A stretch of DNA of 64,000 nucleotides from Camelus dromedarius. Lineage: Eukaryota. Shown piece after piece: positions 23,471 to 36,579 of the stretch; position 1 is the first letter of the stretch; every line of letters begins with the position of its first letter. The notes below the pieces were generated by a model. It was not told the origin of the DNA and ran no database searches. It saw nothing but the letters and a program-made list of their open reading frames with translations. The DNA is taken from contig NC_087436.1 in assembly GCF_036321535.1 (NCBI RefSeq), positions 95,482,001 to 95,546,000 of the forward strand, written 5' to 3'. The translations under genes and the position numbers were made by a program.

Positions 23471-23845
23471 CTAATGAAAACTTAAATAATCCAACCTTTT
23501 GGTTAAAACATTTAGTTTGCCATATTTGCTTACTCTTTTTGTTTTGTTTTCCCTTAAATTACCTGGGTGCACATGGAGGTGGGGGCAAGCATTATTTGTT
23601 ATAGCCATAACCACAGAATTCATTCAAACATGCTAACGTGGATCCCTATGAGTGCCTGTAGAAGACCTATAATAAAGGACTAAAGCACCTAATTGAAATG
23701 GAGGAAGGGATCAATCTTAGTATTTCTAAGACTTATGATCTAAGACCCGTGATCCACTAGATTGCCTAGTTTTATAGTTTTAAGTTGGACAGTAACTGGA
23801 TTTATTTACATAGGTTTTTAGGGCAACAAATACTCTAGACTAGGT

Positions 23846-24044
23846 CAGCACCATCCAATAGAACTTTCTGTGATGATGGAAAAATTTTACACCTGCACTA
23901 TTCAATCTGGCAGCCACTAGCCACATGTGGCTTTTTTAATATTTAAAATGTACCAGTGTGATTGAGGACCTGGATTTTTAATGTTAATTCATTTAAGTTT
24001 AAGTAACCACATATCGGTAGTGGCTGCCATATTGGACAACGTAA
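23846..24044 (+). mobile_element. hAT-Charlie MITE MER3
   Basis: TCCAATAGAACTTTCTGTGATGATGGAAA...GCAGCCACTAGCCACATGTGGCT...GTAGTGGCTGCCATATTGGACA. Confidence 0.85.
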
Positions 24045-24399
24045 CTCTAGACATGAGAACGAGTGTCTTGAAAGAAGGTTGGCTCTATTTTTTTCTTGTT
24101 TTCCACACTAAAACATCCACTGGCCTGACAGAAGCATCAGATTCAGGCACTGCACACCAAAGAGTAAGGCGGGCCAATGCTCAGTCTGCTAGGGACAGTT
24201 TACCTTTTTTGAGTCCATATTATTGCTAGAGACAAATGATCCAGCTCCTACATGTGGACCCTCTAGGTTCTTAACCCCACGGATTTTTGTTTTTACAAAC
24301 TAAAAATTGCTTGAAGCAGAGTATCTGATTTTGAACTATATGGATTAAAAATGATAATAACTATTATTTAATTATGGCCATAGTAATAATAAAAGTAAC

Positions 24400-24645
24400 G
24401 AAAATAGTAACAAGAATAGCAGCCACTTCTTAAGTGTTTCCTGCGTACCTGGCACTGTGAGAAGCGCTTTGTGTGCCTTATCCCACTTATTCATGTTAAT
24501 CTTGTGACTCCTCGCTGGTATTATCCTGGATGAGGAGACTGATGCTTGTGAAGGTCAAGTAATTTACAAGGTCACACAGGTGTGTGTGAACGAGGCATAA
24601 TGCGAATCCAGTTCTCTCTGGCTACAGACCCCCTACTGTAAGCAC
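24400..24645 (-). mobile_element. MIR SINE
   Basis: CTGGCACTGTGAGAAGCGCTTT...GATGAGGAGACTGA...CAAGGTCACACAG. Confidence 0.65.
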
Positions 24646-24834
24646 TCTGGCGTCCCAGAGGATGCTAGTCAGCTTTTTTTTTTTTTAATCAGCCCATTAT
24701 TTCTTTGATAAAAACTTAGCCGAGATGAATTATTAATGGTAGTGCTAGGACCAGGGACTGCCTCCTGCGATTCCGAGGTGTGTACTCTCCACTGCAACAC
24801 CCTTGTCACAGATGTGGCTTTGGCCACATTGCAG

Positions 24835-25030
24835 GAATGGACCTGTATGCTTCACTGGGACAAGCACTTTTTATTTGGGGGCCCATTTCCTCTATAATAT
24901 TAAAAATTATATCTCGTTTCATTGGTATAAAGACAAATATATTAATATTCTATATTAAACCATTTTCTTCTACCTAAAATTTTTTTTTCTTTGTGGTTTT
25001 AAAAGAAATTGGAACATTTTATGAGCCCTA
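24835..25030. mobile_element. hAT-type MITE fragment (family uncertain)
   Basis: GGGGCCCATTTCCTCTATAA...TTGGTATAAAGACAAATATATTAATATT...TTTTAAAAGAAATT resembles a remembered hAT MER consensus. Confidence 0.45.
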
Positions 25031-25315
25031 TGGTAGGCAGAATAATGACCTCCCCCCAAAATGTCCACACCTTAATTCCCAGAACCTGTACTATGTTACT
25101 TTTATGGCCAAAAGAACAGGCAGCCACGATTAAATTAAGAACCTTGAGAGGTGAAGATTATCCTGGACTATTTGAGTGGGCCCATAGAATCCCAAGGGTC
25201 CTCAAAAATCGAGAGTCAGGGAAGGAGAGTGATGACAGAAGCAGAATGTCGGAGAGATGCAGCTTGAGTAAGATTCCATCAGCTTTGGAGGTGGAGGGAC
25301 CACAAGCTAAGGGAT
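25029..25315 (+). mobile_element. MaLR LTR 5' half, MLT1D-like
   Basis: TGGTAGGCAGAATAATG...TGTCCACACCTTAATTCCCAGAACCTGT...GATTATCCTGGACTAT...GTGGGCCC. Confidence 0.8.
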
Positions 25316-25443
25316 GGTTCTGCAGAACCTACCTGTGGGAGGGGGTGAGCAGCAGCTGGGGACTGAGAAGAGAAATGGAGACCAAGAAGGGAGAACTGGA
25401 AAGAGGCAAGTGCGCTACCAGGCCTGAAGACACCAACAGAGAC

Positions 25444-25460
25444 GGGGGGGGGGGGGGGGG
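25444..25460 (+). repeat. G17 homopolymer
   Basis: 17 consecutive G. Confidence 0.95.
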
Positions 25461-26879
25461 ACTGCAAAAATGGAAAGAGATGTTTACAGAAAAGAGGGAG
25501 GGAAGGAAGGAAGGAAAGAAGGAAGCAGCCTGAGATTTGAGGGATGCAGGAGGAAAGGTGGGGGAAGAAGAAAATAGACAAAAAACAAAACCAGCAGTGA
25601 CCCTAAAAGTAAACTTCCTTTCCTTCCATAACCGACGCTGAGTGCAGAGTTGAACTTCACAGGCCAGAAGCCACCTGCAACCATCTGTCCCAGCCCCACC
25701 CTGCTGCCATGGTCAGTGGGAGCAGCACACACGGGATGAGGGCAAAGTGCAGCCCGAGAAATGAAGGCCCTCCCATGCACAGTCCGAGGCTGTGTTTCCT
25801 CCGTTCTCTTTACACAAGGCTGTTACTGACATCAGAGTGGCTCCCTGTGACCCACGATGCTCGCTGCTCAAGCTCAGAGGCCTGTGTTTCAGGCTCAGGC
25901 CATTTTTGTAACTGTCTGAGCCAGTTATCTTTAGGAGACTGCGCCTTATGCTCAAAGTTGTAATCATTTCTATGTTTTCTAGAGTGTGGGTTTTGTTTAG
26001 TTTAATGCCTATAGTCAGTTCTGGATGAACTTTTCACCTCTTAGTGTCACTTAAGACATTTTTTTTTAAAGGAGGTATTTCTTTACATGTACATATGTAT
26101 TTATATGTTGAGGATAAATATATTGAATATAGAAACATTTTGTGGGTATGCACACACATTCACATGTCTACAAACACACACCCGCATAAAGCTTCCATAT
26201 TCAATTTCTAGGAAACCAAGAACAAAGCATTGCAGGGTGTTTTTTAATAATCCAGAGTCCCTCGTTCATTTCTGTTTTTATTATTTTAAAGGGCACGTCT
26301 CACAGTAAGACGCATTTCTTAGCTCTCCAGAGAATTCACTGGGACCACACTTAGATGGAACCCTCCCGCCTTGTGGTTTTTCATTTTACCCCTTTCAGTT
26401 GACTTCTGCACATATAATCATTCATTCTGTAAGCTCTACTCAGAGAATTTGTTTAAAACGAATTTTGCCCATGTGGCTTTTAATTGTCCTTCCAAATTGT
26501 GTCTGGTTTGGTGATGTTCCCCAGGGTTGGGGTTTTCAGCTTACCCAGGTCTTTTTAATTCGGCTGACACTGGGTGGTCTCTCTGCCGTGTCTGGTCTTT
26601 AGGTATCACAAGCAGCTCTGTTTCATGTTTTTCACACAGTTCCCTTTTCCATCTTGGCTTAAGGACTGAGATATTATTCCTCATTCGTCTTCTTCTTTTT
26701 TAAAGGCTTGTATTTTTCACAGAGGATGGCATTTAAACATCGTCACCTTGGTTATCGAGCCCGTGTGCAGATGAGCAAACAGGACAGCAAGTAACGTGAC
26801 TTCTTCAGTTTCACTTTTTAAATGTCTATTTCTTCTGCCCTGAAGTTGGAGAACAGAAGGGTTGATATGTTTTAATCTT

Positions 26880-27145
26880 CTCTTAGACCATTTGTTGAAC
26901 AAGCATTTGTATTGCACTTACTATATCCAAGGCGCCAGTGCTCAGTGCTTTCCAAATACGAACTAATTCAGTGCCTAGGACAACCTGCTGAGGGTGGTGC
27001 TGGGAGTCTTCACATTGTGTCGTCGGGGAAATGGTGGCACTGAAAGTAAGTCACTTGCACAAAATCACACACGTCTGGTAAGCAGGGGGGTCGGGATTCA
27101 AATCTAGTCAATCAGATCCTGTATCTGGACTGTTAGCCATTACAT
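26880..27145 (-). mobile_element. MIR SINE
   Basis: CATTTGTATTGCACTTACTAT...AAGTCACTTGCACAAAATCACAC...GGGATTCAAATCTAG. Confidence 0.6.
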
Positions 27146-27924
27146 CAGGAGGAAAAAAAATGGCCATGAATATTTTGCTCTTAAGACTTTCTGATGAGTC
27201 AGTTCAATGTTTCCAGGACTAACACCAATTTTGTCTCTCTTTATGTTAGACACAAGTGCTTTGTTTTTGTTTTAAAAGTACTTTATGAAAAGTATTGTGA
27301 CTCATAGCAAATGCACGCGGAGTTCTGTAATCCTGCTCCGGTATGTTATTTGCATCTTCCCCTTTTCAAGGCAAAGCCAGGCGGGCTGAGTTCATTGTCC
27401 TGGGAAGTCTGATGGTATGTGGGCCTCTTTTCACCTCGTTACTCCTATCACTGCCCTCTCATAGGTTTTCAGGGGTTGTTTCATCAACATGCGGGGCCTG
27501 ATCTATGTTTTGAGAGCCACACCCTTTTCAACAAAATACACTCAGATGCCATGCATAAATGAAAGGTGACCTTTACCCATGAAAAGAATTTTGATGAATT
27601 GTAGGAAGTAATATATTATGCAGGGAAAATAGCTGTTTGATCTTTCTTTCTTTTCTTTTCTTTCTCCTTTTTTTTAAAAAAAAATGTAAATCACACCCCA
27701 TGAAGAACAATCTGAGTCTACTGAGGTTCTTTAAGTGGAGACTACAAAGACCCTCCAGCATATTGGAGAATAATTCCATTGGTGTTGGTCTCTGGTTCAC
27801 TCCCACTGATGGGATGTATATCAGGGAGGCAGGAGGAAGTTGAGAATTGTTGGAGGGAGTGACGAAAAACATTTAGATTAGTCAATGAATACTTTTGCTT
27901 ATAGAACATGGGCTGGACTCTTCA

Positions 27925-28175
27925 TACAATATTTTCAAACTATGGACAGGGACCTGCTGGTGGACTCAAACGTCCGTGTTAGAAGAAATTAAAAAAACAT
28001 TAGAAGGTAGAGGAGAATAGGAAATATCAGAATGCATGACACAGAGTAACAATAAAGTTTTATGAAATTTTCCTAAATGTGTGTGTATTTACAGAATGTG
28101 CAGACTAAGGTGCAACGTAAAATGTAGCTCTGACTATTGTATTACCTTCCAAAATAAGTTTGAGAAATACTGCCC
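27925..28175. mobile_element. hAT-Charlie MITE (same family as 23259-23470)
   Basis: CAATATTTTCAAAC ... GTTTGAGAAATACTG inverted termini; GAAATATCAGAATGCAT internal. Confidence 0.5.
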
Positions 28176-28654
28176 TATAGAATAGAAGCAACCCACCACA
28201 GACATTTTCTCTACCTCCTGAGAACTTAAACTACACGGCAAAAACGACAATTTCTGAGGTTCTAAAAGTGTTAGGGGAATTCTATACAGGTGATTCTACA
28301 GGGAATGTTAAGAGGGATCCATGATAATAAAAGTAAGTGGGTCTACTCTTCCTGTTAGTGAGGGTGCATTTCTGAAGTGAAGTCAAGGAAGAATTCGGAA
28401 GAGGGAGGTCAGAGTCAAAGGAAGTATGATGTGGGAGCCGTCCTGACCTCACAGGCTGGGAGAACAAAGACTCAAGTTGCACTGGCTGAGGAAGGCAGAC
28501 TGTGGTAGCACTCTCCAGCAGGAGTGAAGGAGCAGAAACCAGGAAGGACCAGGGTGCGGAGAACTGGTCTAGAATAGCAAACTAGATGCTTATTGGCCAA
28601 AACTGAACTATGGATGTTTGCTTTGACTGCTCCGGCATTTAAAAAATTAAGACA

Positions 28655-29433
28655 GTCCCCAGATTGGCCATCATTAAAAAGTCCACAAATAATAAACACT
28701 GGAGAGGGTGTGGAGAAAAGGGAACCCTCCTTCGTTGCTGGTGGGAGTGTAGTTTGGTGCAGCCATTATGGAAAACAATATGCAGATTCCTGAAAAAAAT
28801 TCAAAATAGACTTACCATATGATCCAGCAATCCCACTCCTAGGCATATATCCAGAAAAAAACTCTAATTCTAAAAAAAGACAAATGCACCCCAATGTTCA
28901 CAGCAGCACAATTTATAATAGCCAAGACATGGAAGCAACCTAAATGTCCATTGACAGATGATTGGATAAAGAAGTTGTGGTATATATATGATGGAATACC
29001 ACTCAGCCATAAAAACAACAAAATAATGCCATTTGCAGCAACACGGATGGACCTAGAGATTATCATACTAAGTGAAGTCAGACAGAGAAAGACAAATATC
29101 ATAAATCACTTATATATGGAGTCTTAAAAAATGACACAAATGAACTTATTTACAAAACAGACACAGACTCATAGACATAGAAAACAGACTTATAGTTATC
29201 AAAGGGGTAAGGGGGCAGGAATAAATAAGGCGTTTGGAATTTGCAGATACACACTGCTATATATAAAACAGATAAACAAGTCCTACTGTATAGTACAGGG
29301 AATTATATCCCAATATCCTATAATAACTTATAATGAAAAGGAATCTGAAAAAGAATACATATATGTATAACTGAGTCACTGTGCTGTATACCAGAAACTA
29401 ACACAACATTGTAGATCAACTATACTTCAGTTA
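28655..29433 (+). mobile_element. 5'-truncated artiodactyl L1 (ORF2 C-terminus and 3' UTR) with perfect TSD, inserted in a MER102-like MITE
   Basis: Peptide MFTAAQFIIAKTWKQPKCP...; TSD AAAAAATTAAGACA at 28641-28654 and 29434-29447; TTT/AAAA endonuclease site. Confidence 0.93.
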
Positions 29434-29560
29434 AAAAAATTAAGACATACCCATAAAAATTGGGATTTCCAGTTCTCTAGATAAATCAGTAGACCTGGCA
29501 CTTCTGAGTCTGCACTCAGACATGGCAGCAATTGGTCAGCGCCAATGAGCGGGGGACCCT

Positions 29561-29753
29561 CCTGCGCTGTCCCTCAGGCTAGCTACTAGCCACTTGTCTC
29601 TTATAATTAAAATTAAATTAGAAGTTCACTTCCTCAGTTCCAGTAGCCACATTTCATGTGTTCAATAGCTCCCTGTAGCTGGTATCTACCATACTGGACA
29701 GCACACGTTTAGACCATAGTTATCATCACAAACAGTTCTACCAGCCAGCGTTG
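29561..29753 (-). mobile_element. MER3/MER33-type MITE
   Basis: CTGCGCTGTCC...CTAGCCAC...TTCCTCAGTTCCAGTAGCCACATTTCA...CATACTGGACAGCAC. Confidence 0.7.
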
Positions 29754-29961
29754 CCTTGAGAGCCTGTGTCCCCACTAGTTGCTGCTTCCTCTCCCCGGGC
29801 CAGCCCACTCCTTTCTGTCGCCTGTCTCATCCTTCAGGTGTTTCTATTTGTACCTCCCATAGCACAATATTTATGTTAGGTTGTCTGAAAAGGTCTCCGA
29901 GTAAATGGTGGAAATTGAAGCCTATCTCCATTGATCACAGACTCACTGAAGTATCTTGAGT

Positions 29962-29982
29962 TGTGTGTGTGTGTGTGTGTGT
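29962..29982. repeat. (TG)10 microsatellite
   Basis: Read directly from sequence. Confidence 0.95.
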
Positions 29983-31378
29983 TTGTTCTTTGCAAAGGAA
30001 GGAGTGATGTGAGAATTACCGAGATTGTATATATGTAAATGATGTCTTAAAACTGTTGTTAGATAGAAGAAGAGTGGGTTTCAATTAGAGTTCTTCATTA
30101 CAGGGAAAAAAGATAGAAAAATAAACCTTATTTCCTGTCATCTGCAACTATGGTTACCCAATGGGGTGGACAGGACAGAACCCAAGGGACCAAGTTTGAT
30201 GAGAGTAACGAAGAGGAAAGCAAAGAATAACTGTCCAGATAAAAGTTAATTTCCTGTTAGGATACAGGTGGATGGGGTACCTTCTGGCTCTGCCCATAAA
30301 TCACAGAACACAAGTGAGAACAGACAGTGATGGAGTTTATTTGATCAATGCAGGAAGTCAGTTGAGGCAATCAGACCTGAGAAAATCATTTGGCTTGAAT
30401 TGTCTGACAATTCTAAATCAGATAAGGATAAATAGCCATTTCATTTATGCAGGCATGGTCATTAAATATTCATCATAGAGCTCAGTACACACACACCTTT
30501 AATTTTCAAGAGCCTGCTGCAGTTCCAGGAGCCTAAGAGGGCAGAGTGCTCTTAGAGTCATTACATGTTAACAAATCTGGGGTCCATGTTGTATTGTAGC
30601 AAATTTAAACTGTCATTTCTTCTATCTTGGTTGCCTTGCCTTGTCTTAAACTCTTTTGTGGTGGAAATGCGTGGAAAATATGAGAGGATCTTGAAATCCT
30701 TTGGGCAGCTAGAAAATTTGGTTTTTCAACCTGCAATTGTTCACTGTCGTTACTACCTAGATTTTTCCAGGTTCACATACGAAAATAATTATTCTTCACT
30801 TCAGGAAGTCTGTTTTTAAAAAGCCCATTGACTTCAAATGATCCAGCACCCTTAATAGGATCAGCCCAGCCTCGGAGACAGCTGGCAGTAGCCCTAGCCT
30901 AGGGATAATATGGACTCTCCTGGCTCCTTATCTCTTGGAACTTGTGCTGGAGCCCTGGGAATAGGGGCTGCGTCCCATCCAACAAGAGGAATATACATGT
31001 CTGGTCCTAAGAGCTGAGAATAGGAGCTACTCAGTCTGTCCTGTAGTCAAGACCAAGTGCCTTGTACAGGAGTGGTAGAAAGGTCTCAGCTCAGGGTCAG
31101 GGCAACTTCCATCTTGATATGTGACCTTGAGCAAGTCTTTTAGCATCTGAGTTTCTGTTTACTCAGGTATATGGAAGATTTCAACTGACTCCGTCTCCCT
31201 TTTGATAAATATAAAAATCTCACATCCTTATTTGATCTACATCACTGTCACTGCAAAATCAATCTTTATCCTAAAGCATCAATAGAATTAGGATCAATGC
31301 TATACTTTGGTGAAAAAAGCAGAAAATGTTCACATTTGCACACAGGGCAGGAGTGAAGTCTACCAAGAAATCCTGCAC

Positions 31379-31555
31379 CAGCACTTCTCAAATCGGGGTG
31401 GGCAGAAGAATTATTTGCGCAGGCTCACTTAGAATGCAGATTCTGGGGTCTCTCCTCAAGAGGGTCGATAGCAGGCTTGGGGAGGTGCTGGAAATCCGCA
31501 TTCATAATCATACCAGGTGATCCACTGTCCAAAAGGGCTGTTTTGAGAAATCTTG
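31379..31555. mobile_element. MER5-type hAT MITE
   Basis: CAGCACTTCTCAAA...AATGCAGATTCTGGG...CCAGGTGAT...TTTGAGAAATCTTG. Confidence 0.65.
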
Positions 31556-32479
31556 ATGTTGGCTCTAAGTTTCAAGAAGTGCAGCACCCACATCTGTCGT
31601 GTCCAGCACGGCACCGCCGTGCACCCAGTTCCTGGTAGGGCCCTCGGTGCTGGTCATATGCCTTGTTCATTTAATCCTTCCAGAGACTTTTTTGGAACAT
31701 CCAAGAATATATCAAGCTTTCTTCTGGCAGCAAACATTTTTACCTGATTTGTTCCCTGTTACATGCTCGGTAATGAAGATGTGCTGGCACGTTGTAGCTG
31801 CTCAATAAATATTTGTTTAAAGAATAGATGGCTCTTTATTACACAAGGATTAGAATCGCTCTTCGTTTTCCACATATGAAATTACGTGTCCTGAAATGCC
31901 TGCTGCCTCAGGAGGGCAGCTGTGGTCTCCACCCTCACCCCAAACCCAGTGAGAATGCTGGACTGCGTTTGTCCTTTAAACCGTCTCCCCATCAGTGATG
32001 GACGGATTTGAGAGCAGCAACTCAGTGAGGCTCTGGAAGCCAGGGCTCAGCCTTCTTACTCTGAGGGGCCCGAGGGTGGGAAGAAGCATCCACCCTCATC
32101 TCTTTCCTCCCCTCCCAATACCACTACCACTGCAATCTGTCCTCACACACGATGAGACTTTAATCAGTAAAATTCAAGAACGGTCCTAGGGTGGACACCC
32201 CAGTATTATTAGCAGCCTCCCTGCTGCCACTCTTTTGTCGACACCTGCTGGCCTGTGTGCCCACCCTCATGCCCCAGGGGAGCAGTTTTGGCTTCCTCGC
32301 CTGTGTTCCTAGCACCCAGCGCAGGGCTGAGGGAAGGATGCGGGAAGACCAAGGTGGGGACCACGCGCAGGCCGAAGGGCAGGAAGTGGGTGGGCCGCCG
32401 CCCCTGGCCAGCTCCTCCTCTTCCTGCCGGCTCCAAGGGCACCTGTTCAGACAGGTCTTCCCTGTGCTTTGAACTAAAT

Positions 32480-32712
32480 TTGTCCACTCCTATCATTTTC
32501 CCAGAACACCCCATTCTTTTCCATCCCGGCACCTAACAATTGGTAATTATAGGCTTATTCAATTTCCTTCTTATTTATTATCTGTCTCTCCAACTAGATG
32601 ATAAAATCCATGGAGACAAACCCATGTCTGTTCTATGCTTTATTCAGAATCTCAAAAATAACTTGTAGGTGCTCAATACATATTAACTGAATTAACGGAC
32701 AAATGAATGAAT
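32480..32712 (+). mobile_element. LINE2 3' end
   Basis: TCTGTCTCTCCAACTAGA...GTAGGTGCTCAATACATATT...AATGAATGAA. Confidence 0.7.
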
Positions 32713-33004
32713 AGAAAAACACACCTACTAATTTCCTTTGGCTGCTATCGTAGATCCTTGCTTCAGGCAGGAAGTTTCACCTGCTCCAGTAAGCCTTCCT
32801 CTCACCTCCTACCCCGGTTCTCCCAGCAGTGAGGGAAATCCCACACCAGGTCAGAATGACAGCTCTGATTGGCTATTCCCTGGGACACATACCAGTTGAT
32901 ACAAAGAGTTTGCTGCTGGTCACAGGGTCTTAAAAAATGACATGGTACTCCTGAAGAGGTGGAGATGATCAGAACTCCGTAACTCAATTTTACATGAATA
33001 AATC

Positions 33005-33225
33005 AAAATAATAGCTCTCATTTTTGAGCATTTACTCTGTGCTAAGTACACAATGATATCCACTCTTTATGGAGCATACATACCAAGTATTTTAAATGTG
33101 TTACATCATTTAAGCCTTAAAAAACCTATGACAGATACCATTATTGTCGTCATATTACACCTACAACTGACCTTGGGTAAGTTGAGTATTTTGCCCAAAG
33201 TCACACAAGCAATAAGCTGTCAGAA
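33005..33225 (-). mobile_element. MIR SINE
   Basis: CATTTTTGAGCATTTACTCTGTGCTAAG...TTGCCCAAAGTCACACAAGC. Confidence 0.65.
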
Positions 33226-34243
33226 GAGATCATCTCTTTCTCTCTCTGTCTTACCCCCAAATCCACGATCCATTCCTGGCTGTCCACTCCCAGATCTACT
33301 CTGAGGAGGCAGTATATTCATCCCCAGGTGGGAATGATGAGCAGTGGAGGTGAGAGGGGACAGGGCAAGGAAACACACAGAGAGCAGATGCCTGCTTTGT
33401 TGGGGGGCACGTGTAACCCTCATGAGGAGGAACTATAACCTCCCCTTTATGGGAGAGGAAGGAAAGCCTCAGATCAGTTGAGTGACTTACCCCAGTGGGC
33501 CAGGGAGGGAGGAGAAGTTCAAAGGAGCAGGTTCAGTGTTTCCCAGGCTCTGCCTTCACATTCCGGTCTACCCAAAAGTGAATCCTGCTACCTTGTGCAG
33601 GTCTCAGACACCTTAGGGACAATACTGGGCTTAAATCTTCTTCCCCTTCATCCTTGCCTTGAAAGGAACACCGTGCAGCAGTGTAGTTGGGTAATCAACT
33701 CTGCTTAGCAAGTGACCAAAAAATATTACTATTCTGATTCTGTATTCTAGAGTAAATTCTTTGTTGTGTTTCAAGGAAAGTTGCTGTTACCCACATAGGT
33801 CCCAGAATATACAGCCTCAGTGATGCTTTTGCTTATCAGAAACCATGGTGATGAGATACCTGCTGTTAGTTACAGGGGGAAAATGATTTTTGCTTTGCAG
33901 CCACCTTGAAGAATTAAAGTGTGGAAATTTTACGTTTTTCTCCCTTCCTTCTTCCTACTCTCTCTTCTATCTATCTTCCCCTCCATTCTTCTTTCCTTTT
34001 TTTTTTTTTAAATAGCATCAAATGTTAGATATCATTTGAAGAATATTTAACTTTGAACTGTCTTGACCTATTGAAAATAGTCATTATGAAATTACTGATT
34101 CAACCATCTATTGATAGAGCTTTTGACAAGAGCTTTTATTGAACATAATTCTGGGTTCATTTATTTCTTACCAGGAGATTTGGCCTAGGGCCTGAGGTAG
34201 AGTTCTGATTGACTCACAGGGCTATTCTAAAGAGTTCTGTCTT

Positions 34244-35289
34244 TTAATTTCCAGAATGTATAAACAGCTCATACAACTTAATAACAAAAAAAAACAAAAA
34301 AAAACCAAACAACCCAATCCAAAAATGGGCAGAAGACCTAAACAAGCAACTCTCCAATGAAGACATACAAATGGCCAAGAGGCACATGATAAAATGCTCA
34401 CTATCACAAATTGTCAGAGAAATGCAAATCAAAACTACAATGAGGTATCACTTCATACCAGTCAGAATGGCCATCATTCAAAAGTCCACAAACAATAAAT
34501 GCTGGAGAGGATGTGAGAGAAAAGGGAACCCTCCTATACCGTTGGTGGAAATGTAGCTTGGTACAGCCATTATGGAAAACAGTATGGAAAGTCCTTAAAA
34601 AATAAAAAATAGACTTACTACATGATCCAGCAATCCCACTCCTGTGCATATATCCAGAGGGAACTCTAATTCTAAAAAAAGATACATGTACCCCAATGTT
34701 CACAGAAGCACTATTTACAACAGCCAAGACATGGACGCAACCTAAGTGTCCATCAAAAGATAATTGGATAAAGAAGTTGTGGTATATTTATACAATGGAC
34801 TACTACTCAGCCATAAAAAAGAATAAAATAATACCATTTGCAGCAACATGGGTAGACCTAAAGTTTGTCATTCTAAGTGAAGTAAGCCAGAAAGAGAAAG
34901 AAAAATACCATATGATATCACTCATATGTGGAATCTAAAAAAAAAGAAGAAAAGAAGACACGAATGAACTCATCAACAGACTCCCAGACATAGAAAACAA
35001 TCTTATGGTTACTGGGGAAAGGGGGTGGGAAGGAATAAATTTGGGAGTTTGAGATTTGCAAATGTTAGCAGCTATATATAAAAATAAGATTAAAAACAAA
35101 TTTCTTCTGTATAGCACAGGGAACTATATTCAATATCTTGTAATGGTCTTCAGTGAAAAAGAATATTAAAACCAATATATGTATGTATATGCATGACTGG
35201 GACATTTTGCTGTACATCAGAAATGACATGTTGTAACTGACTATACCTCAATTAAAAAAAAGAAAAATAAATAAATAAAATAAAACAAG
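34244..35289 (+). mobile_element. 5'-truncated camelid-type L1 (ORF2 C-terminus, 3' UTR, A-tail) with TSD
   Basis: Peptides ...[12 protein letters not shown]..., [37 protein letters not shown] (34229-34243) / AAAGTGTTCTGCCTT (35290-35304). Confidence 0.93.
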
Positions 35290-35298
35290 AAAGTGTTC

Positions 35299-35665
35299 TG
35301 CCTTAGTTCATTGAGCTGCTGTAACAGAGTGCTGCAGATTGGGTGGCTTATAAACATTTACTTGTTACTCACAGTTCTGGAGGCTGGGAAGTGCAAGATG
35401 AAGGACCTGGTCAAGTCTATGTCTGATGAGGGTCCACCTCCTGCTTCACAGATACACATCTTTTCCTTGTGTCTTCAGGTGGTAGAAAGGCCAAGGGAGC
35501 TCTCTGGGGTCCCTTTTCTAAAGGCACTAATCACATTCATGAGGGCTCCACCCTCATGACCTAATCACCTCCCAAAGGCTCCACCTCCAAATACCATCAC
35601 ACTGGGGATTAAATTTCAAGATATGAATTTTGGGGGAGGGGGGCAAAAACTTTCAGTCTATAGCA
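35299..35665 (-). mobile_element. MaLR solo LTR, MLT1A-like
   Basis: GCTGCTGTAACA...CTCACAGTTCTGGAGGCTGGGAAGT...GGCACTAATC...CCCTCATGACCTAATCACCTCCCAAAGG...CAGTCTATAGCA. Confidence 0.9.
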
Positions 35666-36579
35666 AGTTCCTTCTCAATATTTTGACTTCTCACTGTTAC
35701 CTCAGAAAGTCCAGTGTTCAGACTGAGTATCTTACCTTTCTGTTCAAATTTCAGAGGGAACTCAAAACTGTGTAGGAGGAACAGCGGGAAAAGCAGACCA
35801 CCCAGATCTGTGAATCTCAAGCTATCTCTGCACACTTCATCCCCATTCTGGTCCCCCACGCCCAGTTTCTTCACTGCTGCTTCACCTAAAGGACAAGTAG
35901 TCAGACGGTGAGTTTTCCATCTTACAGGCTTAATTTGGGAGCGAGGGACCACCTGAACTTTAATTAGCAAGGGAGATAAAAAAGGAAATAAATATTAATA
36001 TCTATTTTACAAAGCATTCAATTTTGTTCACATGAATACTAATCAAAGGCTGCATGAAGTCATAGCACATCATGTTTGAGGAAAAGATGTGAGATATAAT
36101 AGAGCTTATTTCCATAATTCTAACATGCTGCAATTTCCATCTGATGAAATGGAGCTATGAAATTAAAAGTGTCATTTTATGTGTGAATGTTCTAAACCTG
36201 GACTAAAAGTGGAGGAAGATATTTTTTAGAGTTTTGGAAAGAGGATAAAAAAATGGTGGAAATATAAAATGTTTTCTTGAAATTTATTAAAAATTTAGGA
36301 GAAATAGTAAGAAAAGCAGCCAAAATTTTGCATCATCATTAAGAGAGGGGAAAAAAAAAAAGGCTTTAAAGATGCTACAATATCCCCAGCCCCTTGAACA
36401 GCACTTGTCACATAGTAGGGCCTCCATCCATATTTATTGAATGAACTTTTTGAGTGTAAAAAGAGGAGAAGGTGGGAAGGTCAGGGCAGAGCAGTCAAAG
36501 AACCAGATTCATGAGAACCGAGAGGGAGGTGGTAGGGGACCCGAGGGGATATGATAGTTGGACCCCAAGGGTAAGGTGT

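Noticed and set aside
25009..25533. Longest ORF in the track (174 aa)
   Set aside because: Read-through of a MITE end, the MLT1D LTR, the G17 run and a GGAA tract
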